A DNA stretch of 28,767 nt from Chiloscyllium plagiosum. Taxonomy: Eukaryota. The notes below the pieces were generated by a model, which worked only from the letters and a program-made list of their open reading frames with translations, was not told the origin of the DNA and ran no database searches. The position numbers and the translations under genes were made by a program. The number at the start of each line of letters is the position of its first letter. Position 1 is the stretch's first letter. Below, in pieces: positions 1 to 12,860 of the stretch. The DNA lies in contig NW_025215365.1 of the NCBI RefSeq assembly GCF_004010195.1, positions 106,362 through 135,128 on the forward strand, in the 5' to 3' direction.

Positions 1-974
1 CACGGTTCGGTGTCAGACTACATGCCACAGAAGGGAGATGCAGCCGCTCGACAGAAAGGAAATGTTCGAGGGGAAAACAGGGCCAAGAATGGTGGTGTGG
101 TGCAGACAGCAGCGTCTGAGAGAGGCCAGAAGAACCTTCTAGAAGGCGGGGCGAGCTTTCATGCCCATCGGATCCTTTTGCTACCCAGAAGGTGACAGAG
201 AAGAGCGAGGTCAAGGAGGGCAGTGGGTTACGTCCATCTTGTCAGCTGGGAGAACTGAAATAATATCCAGAAATCAGGTGCAAGTGGTGGTTCAGTCTCT
301 GAACACACTGAAGGGAGCACTGACTGAGTTCTCACTCGCAAGGTTCACCTTTGGCAGTAAACCTGCCTTCATTGCCCCTTTCCTGTCAGACTCCAAGATG
401 GCCGCCAAGGCCTCCAGAGACAGCGCTGGAGGAAAAGGACCCGGACGGTAGCAGGGGGGGTGGGAGACATTGTCATGTTGAGGTACTTGAGCAGCTCGAA
501 TTGTTTTTGAGAAAAGGGTGCAGGCGAAATTTAATCTTCGCGTTCAAGATGACGATGAGTGAAGACGGGGAACTGCACTTCAATTTAAACCCCTCCCTCT
601 TTCCCTACCCTTCTCCTGTCTGGTTACTGCAGTCCCCCCCCCTAGTGGGCAGTGGTGTTAAATTGTTAAAAGGATTAAAAATTAGTCATCGGGAGAAATT
701 GCTCTCTGTAGGGTCAGTAAACAGAGGGCAAACAGAGTCAAGATAGCTGGTGAAAGACTGAATAGAAAGAACAGTAGATTGTTGTAATTTGGAATGCATT
801 GTCTGAATTATAGGAGTGGGTTTAAGGGTGACTTTCAACATTTTTTTTAAACAAGAAAATAATCTGGGGGAAAAGAAGGGAGGTGGAACTAATTGTCACA
901 GAAGGTTACGGTATTACTTAGATCTGACACCAGGTCAGTCTCTAGCGTGATGTCCGATTCTGGGCACTAGACAA

Positions 975-1405
975 AGGTAGTCATGAAAGCCTCAAAGGGT
1001 GCAGGAGAGACTTACTGGACAGCTATCAGCAACGAGGGATGCCAAAGACACGGTTGATTGGACTTGTTCTCCTTAGAGACTCTGAGGAGAGTTGACAGAG
1101 CTGCCCGCTGAGGCCTTAGACAGGGAAGTAGTTTACAACGCCTGAATGAGGAGACGTGAGGCAAAGTTGCTTTCCACAAGGAGTGGTTAAGATTTGGAAT
1201 GGCTCCCCCCCCAGGTAGGGCGTTGCGTTCCAATTCAAGAGACAACTTCAGAAAGGGATTGGGATTCACACCCAAACAAGAGAAATTGCAGGAATGTGAT
1301 GGAAGAGTGGGATTGCTCTCCGAGAATAGCCAGCACCAATGTGGTACGAGAAATGGCTTCTTCCTGGCACAGGTATGGAGGGCTGAATGGCCTCCTTCAG
1401 GCTGG
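975..1405 (+). mobile_element. Old, degraded CR1/L2-type LINE 3' fragment
   Basis: Remnant motifs ttggacttgttctccttagag (LGLFSLE-like) and gagtggttaagatttggaatggctcc (RVV..WN-like), ending in gggctgaatggcctccttc. Confidence 0.5.
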
Positions 1406-2187
1406 GAGTTCAGTTATATCACTGGCCGTGGCATTCTCAAACCTCCTCAAGGCACTTTCGGTCTCATGAATAATTGAGATCTTTCGGAAGTGCAGCGATT
1501 GTCACATGGGCAAACCAAATTTTGTTCAGCAAGATCCCATGCACCAGAGGCGATGAGACGAGCTATTCTGCTCTTTGCGGTGTTCGTCAAGGCTGTGCAG
1601 TCAATCTGGATTACTGTTTGAGGGGGTCAAAATGTGCAGGGGACATCACTGCAATACCATATGTTCAAAGCAATGAACCTGCAATAAGGTTGAATCCAGG
1701 GACATTATTGTAAGAGTTCCTCTCATCCAGTCTTCTTAAGGTCCTTTAGCTGTGACCTCTGCACCCCAACGTAAGGCTTGAGACAGCGTTCAGGCAGTGG
1801 AGTGGGCAGTCCCAGCCTCCAGCAGGACCTGGACGCCATGTTCACTTGAGAAGACAACAGTCGGGTCCTTCAGCGCTGGACCGATAGCAACTTGACCCCC
1901 CACCACCGACCCTGTGGCACTCAGGCAGCAACACTATCGCCTTGGGTTTAACCAGATCAGTGCATCAGCGGGAGGTCCTGGCATGGAGAATGCTAACCAG
2001 CTCCTCTTCAGCGCAGCCCAACACAACGCCTGTCACCGACTCTCAATAGGCAGTGCTGCAATGACAGACAGGAGGCGCTACACCATTCCGGACAGAGCGG
2101 CCCATCTGCCTGGCATCCCACCTCCCCGAACCGGGCCCAGTTTCCTGAGCTGGTCTTTTCTCAGGTGCTCCCCCATCTCCCTTCTCT

Positions 2188-2215
2188 CCCCCCCCCCCCC
2201 CCCCCCCCCCCCCCC
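2188..2215. repeat. C28 homopolymer (G28 on the PBX sense strand)
   Basis: Uninterrupted run of 28 C. Confidence 0.9.
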
Positions 2216-3412
2216 GCGCCTTTCTGGGGGGTTTGACAGAGGCCAGGTGAGAGACCCACGGGCAGAGAAGAGCCACCCGAAGCCGGGAACTACAAAAGGT
2301 CAACAGACACACAACCAGGAAAGAGCGGAGATAACCGGATTGTGGAAGGGGGTGCAGATTTGACAGGGGACAGATGCCCCGCGGGGGGGGGGACGGCGAT
2401 GGTGGATGACCCTCGCAGGCCGTCACCTAGAGACTTTGTAATCCAGCCTGGCTCCTGACTGAATGCTGACGGTGGGGGGAGGCAGCAGTGTCTGCAAACT
2501 CGTCCTTCGGGTGAAACGCTGAGCTTGGGTAAATGCTGACGGTCCCATTTGGAGAGGCCCATTGGCACCAGGTTAACTGGTTAGCCATCTCAGTGCCCAA
2601 GAGCGGTTGCTGCCACTGAACCTCAATCTCGAGAAAGCTCCCTCAATGCAGGCCCCTCTCACGCACGACGAGGCTGCCTCTTGGGCAGGGCCTGCCGAGA
2701 TCGCAAGGGCTTCTGCATCTACAGGGTCGGGTTCGGAAACCCGCGGGGATCCTACACGCTTGCCGACGAACCGAGAGGGCAGGCCAGCCCTGTGGGAGCA
2801 GCTGGGCCTAGGTGGTGGTTACTCAGTAACGCTGCAGTTACCGGGCCCAGTTTCTGACCCTGACTGGGAAAGCAGCAACAGTCTGTCCAGCTGTGCGGGG
2901 GTGGGGGGGGGAGGCGAGTGTAATCCATCGCCCAGAACAGCCTCCCCTTTCTCCCACCCACCCACTTCCGAAATAGCATTGGCCCGTTTACCAGGTGCCG
3001 TTGAATTTAAACGACAACTCCGACTGAATTACGATGGTGCCCAAGCTGAAAGGTCATTTCGCATTGCAGCCACTGTCTGCCTGCGACTAATGGAAGCAGT
3101 CCCGGTGCAAGAACCATCGGTTAACCCATCGGCTCTTGCAACGCGCCAACAGCTTCCCAACTTTAGGATTTAAAGACGTCAATCCAATCCCTGCCCCTCT
3201 CGGAATGTCGGGCCCCACCCTTGGAGCCAGCTGCCTATCCGCAGCGATCCGTTGGGTGCACCCAGGCCCGTGATTGCGAGGTGGACCGCAATGACCATTG
3301 ACCTTCCAGCTTCTTCAGTGAGGAGGGGTTTGGAGATGTCCTTGAGGGGTTGGTGCGAATTGGGAGCGTCTGATTTAGCGTCTGGCTGTGCAAAGTGGCC
3401 CATAGCACTCAC

Positions 3413-3572
3413 CAGTGGAGGTGGGAGTGGACGGGGAGTTGGCTTGGCTTCCTTGAGCTGTCACGTTTGTCACAGTTACCGCCGTTTTGGCGGCGTACAG
3501 ATTTGCCTCCTCCTGGAACTTGCCTATGTTTTTCTTGTAGCGGATTCGCTTGTTACCGAACCAGTTTGATAC
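3413..3572 (-). CDS. PBX1: PBX homeobox gene internal coding exon (exon-6 equivalent; recognition helix and C-terminal extension)
   Basis: Translates [53 protein letters not shown](G). Acceptor cccctgcag and donor G|gtgagt, 160 nt. The tail [10 protein letters not shown] resembles PBX1 more than PBX2/3/4 as I recall them. Confidence 0.96.
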
Positions 3573-4088
3573 CTGCAGGGGTGACGGGGGGGGGGGTTTG
3601 TGAGGGAACAGGGTTGGGATTGGGAAAGAGACACAAAAGGAAGTGAGGGTCGTTACATGGACACACCGAGGGTGACCGAAGTTCACAAACTATAACACAA
3701 AGGCTGTGTGTTGCACACTTTCATATCATAGCGCCTGCCTCTGACACAGCGGAGTGGATCCACTTGCTCCATTTCGGGGTTGACTTATGAAAATGGCTCA
3801 ACTGACACTTGAATCTTTGATCGGATGAATACCTTTTATTTTTTTTGGCAAGTCCAGTTTCAACAATTATTTCCAGTCATGTATTAGTCACGTTATCTGC
3901 ATACCCTGTGCCCTTCCCCTTTGAAATGTGCGACTCTTGCAATTCTGTCCTGATGGATGGAAGGTGAAAAGCCATGTTTTCTTTGCTCATCAATTCTGTG
4001 CAGCCGTATAACTTCAAGCTAACCTCCTAGTTCCTGCTAGGTAGGGGCTCCTGAAGACTTCTGATTGTAACTTCATCTGATGATATTT

Positions 4089-4625
4089 AGTCATAGAGAT
4101 GTACAGCATGGAAACAGGCCCTTCTGTTCAACTCATCCACGCCGACCAGATATTCAAAATTAATCTAGTCCCGTTTGCCAGCATTTGGCCCATATCCCTC
4201 TAAACCTTTCCTATTCATATACAAAGTTCTAATTGTGCCAGCCTCCACCACTTCCTCTGGCAGCTCATTCCACACACGCGCCACCTTCCGCGTGATAAAA
4301 GTTACTGCTTTGGTTCCTTTTAAATCCTTCCCCTCCCACCCTAAACTTATGCTCTCTAGTTTTGGACTCCCCTATGCATGTCCCTCAGGAGTTTTATAAA
4401 CCCAGCCTCCGATGCTCCAGGGAAAATAGCCTCAGCCTCTCTTTATAGCTCACCCCCCTCCAACTCTAGCATCATCCTTGACAAACCTTTTCTGCACCCT
4501 TTCAAGTTTCATAACATCGTTCCTAACACATGGAGAACACAACTGAACGCAGTACTCTAAAAGTGACCCAACCATTGCCCTGGACAGCCACCACATGACC
4601 TCCCAACTCCTATACTCGATGCAAT
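4089..4625 (-). mobile_element. CR1/HER1-type LINE 3' fragment
   Basis: Begins with the reverse complement of the family 3' end (agtcatagagatgtacagcatggaaacaggccc). Minus-strand translation includes LLEYCVQ...KLERVQKRF. Confidence 0.85.
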
Positions 4626-4899
4626 GGTCTATTATCATTGCATTAGCTGACCCTGATTTGGTTTATGACCGATGGGAAGGAGGTTACAGAGTACTGGCAC
4701 AGCCCAACAATGTCCTGTCCACTGCCTTTGCTAAACTGTCTTTTAACCTCAAAGACAAACACAATGTGCTGGTCAGCACTTACCTCTTCCCTAACATTGC
4801 TTAAAACATTATCTGGTCATTTTTGCTTGCCATTGCTGGTTGAGGGAAGATGCTGCCTACGAATTAGCTGCACTTTCACCTACACCACAGCTGCAGAAG

Positions 4900-5840
4900 C
4901 GCTATTGAAAAGAGAGATATGTTGCTGAAGCTTTTTGTTAGGATCGATTCAAGAATGCCAAACTTCAAACCTTCATAACAACTTCTCCGACAGGTGAACA
5001 GGATGCTGATTGGTTGGCAAGTCATGGTTCATTTACATTCACTAGAAGCAACATGCATTTACAGATGGCTGCCCGTTCTCTGCAAACATAAGGGATATGT
5101 TCAAGCCTAGTGCTCTTGGACAGAACTTCAATTCCCCAGGAGCCTGTGATTAGCTTTGCCTAGCCCATGGCAAGTTCTTGGCCAATCAGAGTAAACTTGC
5201 CAACCAATCAGCACCCTTTACCTCTGGGGGGTATAAATCGTTATGTTGGTTTGAAATTTGGCATTCTTGCATCGGTCCTGATGAGTGCAAGATGAAATAC
5301 ATACATACATACATACATACATACATACATACATACAGATGTACAGCATGGAAAAAGACCCTTCAGTCCAACCCATCCAGGCCGACCAGATATCCCAACC
5401 CAATCTAGTCCCACCTGCCAGCACCCAGCCCATTTCCCTCCAAACCCTTCCTATTCATATACCCATCCAGATGCCTCTTAAATGTTATAATTGTACCAGC
5501 CTCCACCATATCCTCTGGCAGCTCATTCCATACACTGAACCCTTTCAAGTTTCACAACATCGTTCCGATAGGAAGGAGACAAGAATTGCACACAATATTC
5601 CAACAGAGGCCTAGTCGACATCCTGTACAACTGCAACATGACCTCCCAGCTGCTGTACTCAATACTCTGACCAATAAAGGAAAGCATACCAAACGCCTTC
5701 CTCACTATCCTATCTACCTGCGACTCCACTTTCAAGGAGCTATGAACCTGTACTCCAAGATCTCTTTGTTCAGCAACACTCCCTAGGACTTTACCATTAA
5801 GTGTGAAATACCTTGATAGTGAGTCTTTCTTTCCAACAAA
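4900..5840. mobile_element. Inverted-repeat, probably Penelope-like-derived element with a hammerhead motif, interrupted by a CR1 LINE
   Basis: gattcaagaatgccaaacttcaaacc (4946-4971) is the inverse of ggtttgaaatttggcattcttgcatc (5248-5273). gctgattggttggcaagt (~5005) is the inverse of acttgccaaccaatcagc (~5195). The right arm continues into CTGATGA-gtgcaagat-GAAA (5278-5297). Confidence 0.6.
5297..5803 (-). mobile_element. 5'-truncated CR1/HER1-type LINE with (TATG)n tail and 8-bp target-site duplication
   Basis: (ATAC)10 tail at 5297-5336, the family 3' end, and RT C-terminal residues KAFGMLSFIGQSIEY...PLLEYCVQF. TGAAATAC occurs at both 5293-5300 and 5804-5811. Confidence 0.9.
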
Positions 5841-6208
5841 ATTTACATCCTGTGCTTCAAAACTGCTTCACTGGCTGCAATCCGCTTTGAGATATGCTGA
5901 CGTAGTGCAAGGCACTATATCAATGCAAAGTCTTTCATTTGTGATTGCTATTTGTCCTCTAGGAGGGAACTCTGTTAAGCTGCAAGGTATGTGCTATTTG
6001 AATTACAATACAGCAGAGAGTGTGGGCTGCTAATCAGAAGCAAACAGGGTTTGAATTGGAATACTAATCCCTAGCAGTGCACGGTTTATAGATTCAGGAA
6101 CAACTCGAGTTGCAGAAGAGAATCTGAACTGTGATGTAAAGCTGGTGGAACATAAGGCCAATGGCATTGAAATGCACCCCGGCTTTCAGGTGGGACAGTT
6201 AGTGCCAC

Positions 6209-6540
6209 TTAGAATCCCTACAGTGTGGAACCATTTGGCCCAACCAGTCCACACTGACCCTCCGAAGAGTAACCCAGCCAGACCCATTCTCCCACTACTC
6301 TACATTTACCCCTGATTGATGCACCTATCCTGCACATCCCTGAACACTACGGGCAATTTAGCGCTGCCAATTCACCTGACCTGCACATCTTTGGACTGTG
6401 GGAGGAAACCGGAGCACCCGGAGGAAACCCACGCGGACACGGGGAGAATGTGCAAACTCCACACAGTCAGTCGCCCGAGGCTGGAATCGAACCCGGGTCC
6501 CTGGCGCTGTGAGGCAGCAGTGCTAACCACCGTGCCACCC
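6209..6540 (-). mobile_element. HE1-type (V-SINE) tRNA-derived SINE
   Basis: On the minus strand: tRNA-like head gggtggcacggtggttagcactgctgcctcac, B-box-like ggttcgattcc, central gggtttcctccgggtgctccggtttcctcccacagtccaaag and tail ttccacactgtagggattctaa. Confidence 0.9.
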
Positions 6541-6554
6541 TAATCTCACCGAGC

Positions 6555-6727
6555 AACAATTACTACATTTAAAAGTTATCTGGATGGGTACATGAATAGA
6601 TAGGGTTCAGAGGGACATGGGCCAAGTGCTAACGAAAGGGACTAGATTAATTTAGTATATCTGGTCGGCTTGGACGAGTTGGACAGTAGGGTTTGTTTCC
6701 ATGCTGTACAGATCTATGACTCTATGG
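6555..6727 (+). mobile_element. CR1/HER1-type LINE extreme 3' end
   Basis: Matches the family terminus ...tttccatgctgtacagatctatgactctatg seen in the other copies. Confidence 0.8.
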
Positions 6728-7004
6728 TGACAGAAGGGGATAGGAGATGGATAGCTCTGTCAACATACCAAAAACAGAGGCCATTCAGCCCCTCTAACCT
6801 ATCCCGCTCTTCAATCAGGTCATGGCTATTTTGTATTTTAAGTGCTCCACCTTGATTCAGAACCCTCAGTGCCCTTGCCTAACCACATTCCGAACAGTCT
6901 CAATTCTGAAATCTTCGGTTTGCTCCCTGTATCTTTTTGAGGGAAAGAGTTCCAGGTTGTCTCTGCCTTGTTTGTGAAGAAGTACTTCTAGACTTCAAGC
7001 TGAA

Positions 7005-7940
7005 AGAACTGCAGATTGTTGGAAATCGGAGACAAACACAGAAAATTACTGGGAAACCTCAGTAGGTCTGACAGCGTCTATGGAGAGACGTTCTGAGGAA
7101 GGGTCACAGGACCCAAAAATATTCTCTCCACGAATGCATAAATGGTGGGAGACAGAAGGTGGTGACGGAGGGTTGCTTTTCGGACTGGAGGTCTGTGACT
7201 AGTGGTGTCCCACAGGGATCGGTTCTGGGTCCTGTTTAGTTCGTCACTGATATAAACGATTTGAATGAGCGTGTAGAAGTTTATGGTTAGTAATGTTGCG
7301 GAGTTTGGTGTCGTGGCAGACAGTGGAGAAGGTTTTTGTTTTAAGATTACAAAGGGATCTTGATCAAATGGGTCAATGGGCTGGAAAATGGCAGATGGAG
7401 TTCATTCTGGATAAATGCATGGTGTTGTATTTTGGTACAACAAACAAGGGGTAGGGGCTTGTACAGTTAACGATGGGGCCTTGGGTAGTGTTGTAGAACA
7501 GAGGGACCATAATTCTTTGAAGTTTGTGTCACACTGAGATAGGGTGGTTTAAAAGACATTTAACAGACTTGCGTTCATTGCTCAGTCCTTTGAGTATAGG
7601 AGTTAGAGAGTCATCTGGAGGTTCTCAAGGACATTGGTGAGGCCTCTTCCGGAATACTGTCGTCAGGTTTGGTCACCCATTTATAGAAGGGATATTATTA
7701 AGCACAGAAGAGATTTCCAAGGATATTGCTGGGAGTGGAAGGTTTGAGTGATGAGGAGAGGCTGGATAGACTGGAGCTTTTTTTTCACTGGAGCATAGGA
7801 TGTTGAGAGGTGACCTGTTCGAAGTTTATAAAATCATGAGGGGTATAGGTCTGTTTCCATGCTGTGTGACTCCATGACTATGACTCTCTGCTGCTGGACC
7901 TGCTGAGATTTTCCAGCAATTTCTGTTCTTGCTTCTAGAT
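7005..7940. mobile_element. Short palindromic Penelope-like-derived element (7005-7135 plus 7890-7940) split by a CR1 insertion
   Basis: Left part cagaaaattactgggaaacctcagtaggtc is the inverse of right part gacctgctgagattttccagcaatttctg. It carries a degenerate hammerhead CTGAGGA-A-GGGTC-acag-GACCC-aaaa at ~7093-7118. Confidence 0.6.
7145..7888 (+). mobile_element. Degenerate CR1 LINE reverse-transcriptase region and 3' end
   Basis: actagtggtgtcccacagggatcggttctgggtcct encodes TSGVPQGSVLGP (RT motif), followed by WAGKWQMEF. Ends in ctgtttccatgctgtgtgactccatgactatgactct. Contains frameshifts. Confidence 0.9.
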
Positions 7941-8419
7941 ATCAACTTTCCAAGTCCAGCTCTAACTTTCAGGTTAGGTCTCTTGTTTTTCACTCCCGCA
8001 GCAAGGAATATAGATTCTCCCCTTGTGCCTCATCAACTTCTTTCATCACCCCTTGGACCACACCCACTGAATACAAGTCTAGTATACACAACCTGTCCTC
8101 ACAACTGAACCCTTATGTTACTCTGTGATTTCTATGCTGCACAATTCCCAAGACCAATAAAGTAGCATAACCTTCTTGAAGTGCAGTAGCTAGGACTTCA
8201 CAAAGCTAGAGACCAAGTAATCACCAAATCTACTAAATGAACACTACTAACGCCAAGATGTGCCTTGTATCTTCTCACTGCTGTGCAGGATGGAGATGAA
8301 GAGAAGATTATCGCTCTCTGACTCTCCATTCATGAGTTCATTTTGTTGCTACCATTATCTTCACTTTGGCAGATAGGGGGCAGTGTTGGCCTGGATAGAA
8401 TATGGCTCTGGATAGAATA

Positions 8420-8965
8420 ATTCATCTCCTGACCCTCCCAAACCCTGTCCACCATCTACAAGGCACAAGTCAGGAGTGTGATAGAATATTCCCCACTTGC
8501 CCTGGATGGGGGCAGCTCCAACAACACTCAAGAAGCTCGACACCATCCAGGACAAAGCAGCCCTCTTGATTGGCACCACATCCACAAACATCCACTCCCT
8601 CCATCACTGACACTCAGTAGCAACAGTGTGTACTATCTACAAGATGCACTGCAGAAATTCACCAAAGATCCTTGGACAGCACCTTCCAAACCCATGACCC
8701 CTTCCATCTAGGACAAGGGCAGCAGATATAAGGGAACACCACCAGCTGCAAGGTCCCCTCGAAGCTGCTCACCATCCTGACTGGGAAATAATCGCCGCTC
8801 CTTCACTGTCGCTGGGAAAACCTCCTGGAATTCCCTTCGAACGGCATTGTGGGTCAACCCACAGCACATCAAGAGGCAGCTCACCCTCAAGGGGCAACTA
8901 GGGACAGGCAATAAACTCTGACCTGGCCAATAACTCAAAACTCCCATGAAAGAATTAAATAAAAC
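8420..8965 (+). mobile_element. CR1/L2-clade LINE 3' fragment of a second family
   Basis: Encodes TIYKAQVRSVIEYSPLAWMGAAPTTLKKLDTIQDKAA, an RT C-terminal-like segment. Its 3' end aggcagctcacc...gggcaactagggac recurs at 21340-21445. Confidence 0.75.
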
Positions 8966-9078
8966 GATGCAACCAAGCAAGTCCAGACTGACAGTGAAGA
9001 CACACACGATGCAATATCGATGTGGCTAGCCACTTACACACACAGCAAGATCCCACACGCGAAGTGGTGCAATAGGGG

Positions 9079-9560
9079 TAGAGTCATCCAGCACAGAAAC
9101 AGACCCATAATCCCAAATTAAACTGGCCCCACCTGCCTGCTCCTGGCCTATAACCCACCAGACCTTTCTTACGCATGCACTTCTCCGAATGTCTTTTAAA
9201 TGTTGTCTGTGTACCCACACCCGCCACTTCCTCTGGAAGGTCAATCCACACATGGTCCCCCCTCTGCATGAAAACAGCTGCTTCACATATCCTTTTTAAA
9301 GCTTTCTCCTCTCACCTTAAAGATAAGTGCCACCTGACCTTGCAATTCCCCACCCTCGGGAAAAGACACCTGCCAATCAGCCGATTCACACCCCTCACTA
9401 TTTCATAAACCTCTAGAAAGTCAGCCCTTAACCTCCAGCGGAAAAAGCCCCAGCCTCTCCATCTGACTCAAACCCTCCATTCCTGGTGACGCCCTTTTCT
9501 CCGGCTTTGATGGTACCCTTCCCTGCAACGGGGGCGACCGGAATTTGAGCACAGTGAGGT
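9079..9560 (-). mobile_element. Degenerate CR1/HER1-type LINE 3' fragment
   Basis: Terminus tagagtcatccagcacagaaacagaccc; minus-strand residues TTFKRH and ERLGLFPLE. Confidence 0.8.
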
Positions 9561-9655
9561 TGGCTCGGGGGAACAGGTCAGGACGCTCGTTGCAAACGGT
9601 GGGGGTGGGATCGTTTGCACCCACCTCAGAAGGCAAGACAGAGTTCGAAAGCTTA

Positions 9656-9997
<342 letters not shown>

Positions 9998-10547
9998 TCA
10001 AAAAAGAAAACGGGGGGGTGGGGGGGAAGAGAAGCAGAAACGAAACGGCCGCCTGTTTGCAACCCCCGACCCCCCCGTCCATGCCTCCGATCTCCCGAGG
10101 AGAAATAAAAAACAACAGAGGAACGGAAAGAGTTGAATTAGCCTCCGCTGAGCTGCGTCGGGAGCCACCCGGCTACCTCCAAACTCACCTGCAGCGTCCC
10201 CCTGTTCCCAGGAGCGTGGCTCCAACTGACATAGCTGTGGGTCTCAAAGCCTCCTATTTATCAACTTGGGGAGAGCTGAGAGCAGATGTGCTGTTGAATC
10301 ACGCACCGAATCAGGACAGAATCACAAGAATGCCAACTCGCAACGGGAACTACAATTTGCACTGCAAGAAACGAGGATCCTGTTTGGTTGGCAAGTGGCA
10401 AGTACAAATCGTTATTCCCACTTTGAGGTTTCGCATTCCTGTGTTTCTGTCCTCATGAGTGCCAATATATGCTTTCACAGCAGCTCTCTCCTTTTTTGAA
10501 GCAAACCAATACCCAATGCTATCGCGTGAGCATTTCTCAGTTCAGAT

Positions 10548-10812
10548 CATAGAATCCCCTCTGTATGGAAACGGGCCCTCTGGTCCAACAAGCCCACACC
10601 AACCCTCTGAAGAGTAACCCACCCCAGATCCCTTCCCCTACCCTGTTATTCTATATTTAACACTGACTTATGCACCTAACCTGAATACTATGTGCAATTT
10701 AGCATAGCCAATTCACCTGACCTGCACATCTTTGGATTGTGGGAGGAAACCGGAGCACCCGGAGGAAACCCACGCAGACACAGGGAGAATGTGCAAACTC
10801 CACACAGACAGT
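10548..10812 (-). mobile_element. HE1-type SINE lacking the tRNA head
   Basis: Tail and central domain (gggaggaaaccggagcacccggaggaaacccacgcagac) match the other copies; it stops at cacacagacagt. Confidence 0.85.
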
Positions 10813-11321
10813 GTTTTCGGAATTCCACATTTTTCAAATTTCAGAATAAGTGACAGTTTGATGATGAAATTTTTAAAAATCTCACTAAACAGCAGACACA
10901 CTGTGAGTAAAACGCGCCCTGAAACAGAACTGAGGCCTGCCAGTGCTGGGCTACGGCCCCACACGCCACATCTGACTGACGCACATCGAGTTTGCACGCC
11001 AAACAACCTTGTTCATGACAAAAGGTTCGGATTTCGGAGCTTTTCGGATTTCGGGATTTAGTGTTGTCTACCTGTACTGGAGAAGGAATAACCTAACAGG
11101 GCAGTCACAGGTTTCACATGCTCTGTTTCTCCCTGGGATGCAGGTGGCTTACGGGTTGAGAGGGATTCACAAATCTTGCTGCCTGTACCGAGCTCACAGA
11201 GCACCCTGATCTCTCACACGGGCCACGGTCCCATTGTGTGGCATCTTCTACTGCCCACCTGCAGGGGGCAGCATCTCACCCAAAAGGATGCCGCCTCTGG
11301 CACTTCTGCACCCCGGAGTTA

Positions 11322-11436
11322 GCCCACGCAGACACGGGGACAACGTGCCAACTTCACACAGACAGTCACCCGAGGCTGGAATCGAACCCAGGTCCCTGGC
11401 GCTGTGAGGCAACAGTGCTAACCACTGAGCTGCCCT
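11322..11436 (-). mobile_element. HE1-type SINE 5' (tRNA-head) fragment
   Basis: On the minus strand: gggcagctcagtggttagcactgttgcctcac...ggttcgattcc, i.e. A- and B-box-like motifs. Confidence 0.85.
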
Positions 11437-12860
11437 AAAGTTAAACAAAACCCACCAGCTGCTGTGGTGGGATTGAATCCATATCCCCAGATCATTTGTC
11501 ATTCCCACTATGCTACCATCTTCTTGAGATGCCGCTGTGTGTAGGATTCCCAGGGACCTTCCAGCATTCCCCCTTTCCCAGCCCGTAATTCCCAGCCCCA
11601 GCCAGCAGGTGGCTTTGAGGAGATAAAGAAATACCCACTTCAGAAGGACCTGGCCTGAGCCAACAGCTGCCCGTTTAACAAAACCAAACGGGGAGTGCCA
11701 GCTATCCACCAGGTGTGAGATGTCCCTGGTTATCAACGTGCTGCCAAACGGGTTCCACCAACCCTCGCCACCCCCAGCCCCTCCCCCAAGCACCCCTAAC
11801 CCCCGTCAAGCTCTTAAAGAGGTGAGCTCTTCACAGTGAGGTCTGGACCACAATGGGCCCGAGGTACAAGGACAGTGAATGATGAGGACGACCAGGAGCA
11901 GGACGGAGGTGAACAGGGCAGTGCTGCTTGTCACACTGCCCCTCACAATGCCAGGGATTCGCTTGCCAGGTGGCTCCTGTGGGAACCAATGTTAAAACCA
12001 CGTCTTCTGGGTTGCCCGGCAAAATGCCCAGCACTTCTTGGGCACTCCTTTCTCTCCGTTATGTCCCTTGTCCTTCCATTTAGCAACTGGAAAACCATGA
12101 CCCCATAATCGAGGAGAGTGGCTCAAGCAATGCCCCTTACATAACCAGCGTCACCGGGTGGAAGCAAGCCCACAATACCTTTCTCCCATCTCTGTGGGTG
12201 TAGATGCTTGTTGCAAACCCAGCCTTTTCCCTCGCCCTCACGGGTGGTGTCACCCTCATGTGAGCGCGAACTTAAAAAGCCCAAGCTCTGCTCTGGCCTG
12301 CTGAGACATTCGGCCCATCAAGCCTGACCTGCCATTCAATAGTGTCATGGCTGACCTTAGTCTTAGTCTCTTCGTCGCCAAGTCCCTGGGCGCCCTTCTG
12401 GGCACCGACTGGAGTTCGGTGAGAGCTGTGCCCTCAGCCATGCACTCTGCCCTCTTGCCCCACCCCCTTCCCCATCGCAGCTGCGGCCAAGTGCTCCTGC
12501 CCACGTGTCGGGGCACCAGGTGAAAACGTAGTCCCAGTGAGTTTCGAAGCTGAGTTTCAGCCTGAGCGGACAGACTGCAAAGGAAGCAACTCCCCAGAGC
12601 CTCTGTACCCTTTCACAAGATCTGTCAGAGGGGAGGTATGAACTGATCGTGAAGAAAATTACAGGATTTTGTTCACTGTTGGAATCAAGCCACCATGACT
12701 GAAAACCATGTTGTCTGCAGGCCACTGACATTTAACTGTCTCATGTTCTGATATCTCCAACTGCCTGAGACTCTGAAACTCCACAATCCTGCCCACCCAC
12801 CCTGCCGCTTGTAACTAAGGTACCCTGTACAGCCCCAGCTCAGGCCTCACCGCTCTCATC

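Noticed and set aside
1..3410. PBX exons 7-9 (SFN..SGD.F...NGDSY; VDTLRHVI)
   Set aside because: I could not find these motifs on the minus strand by eye, so they probably lie beyond the left edge. Exon 3 was likewise not found in 17567-28767.
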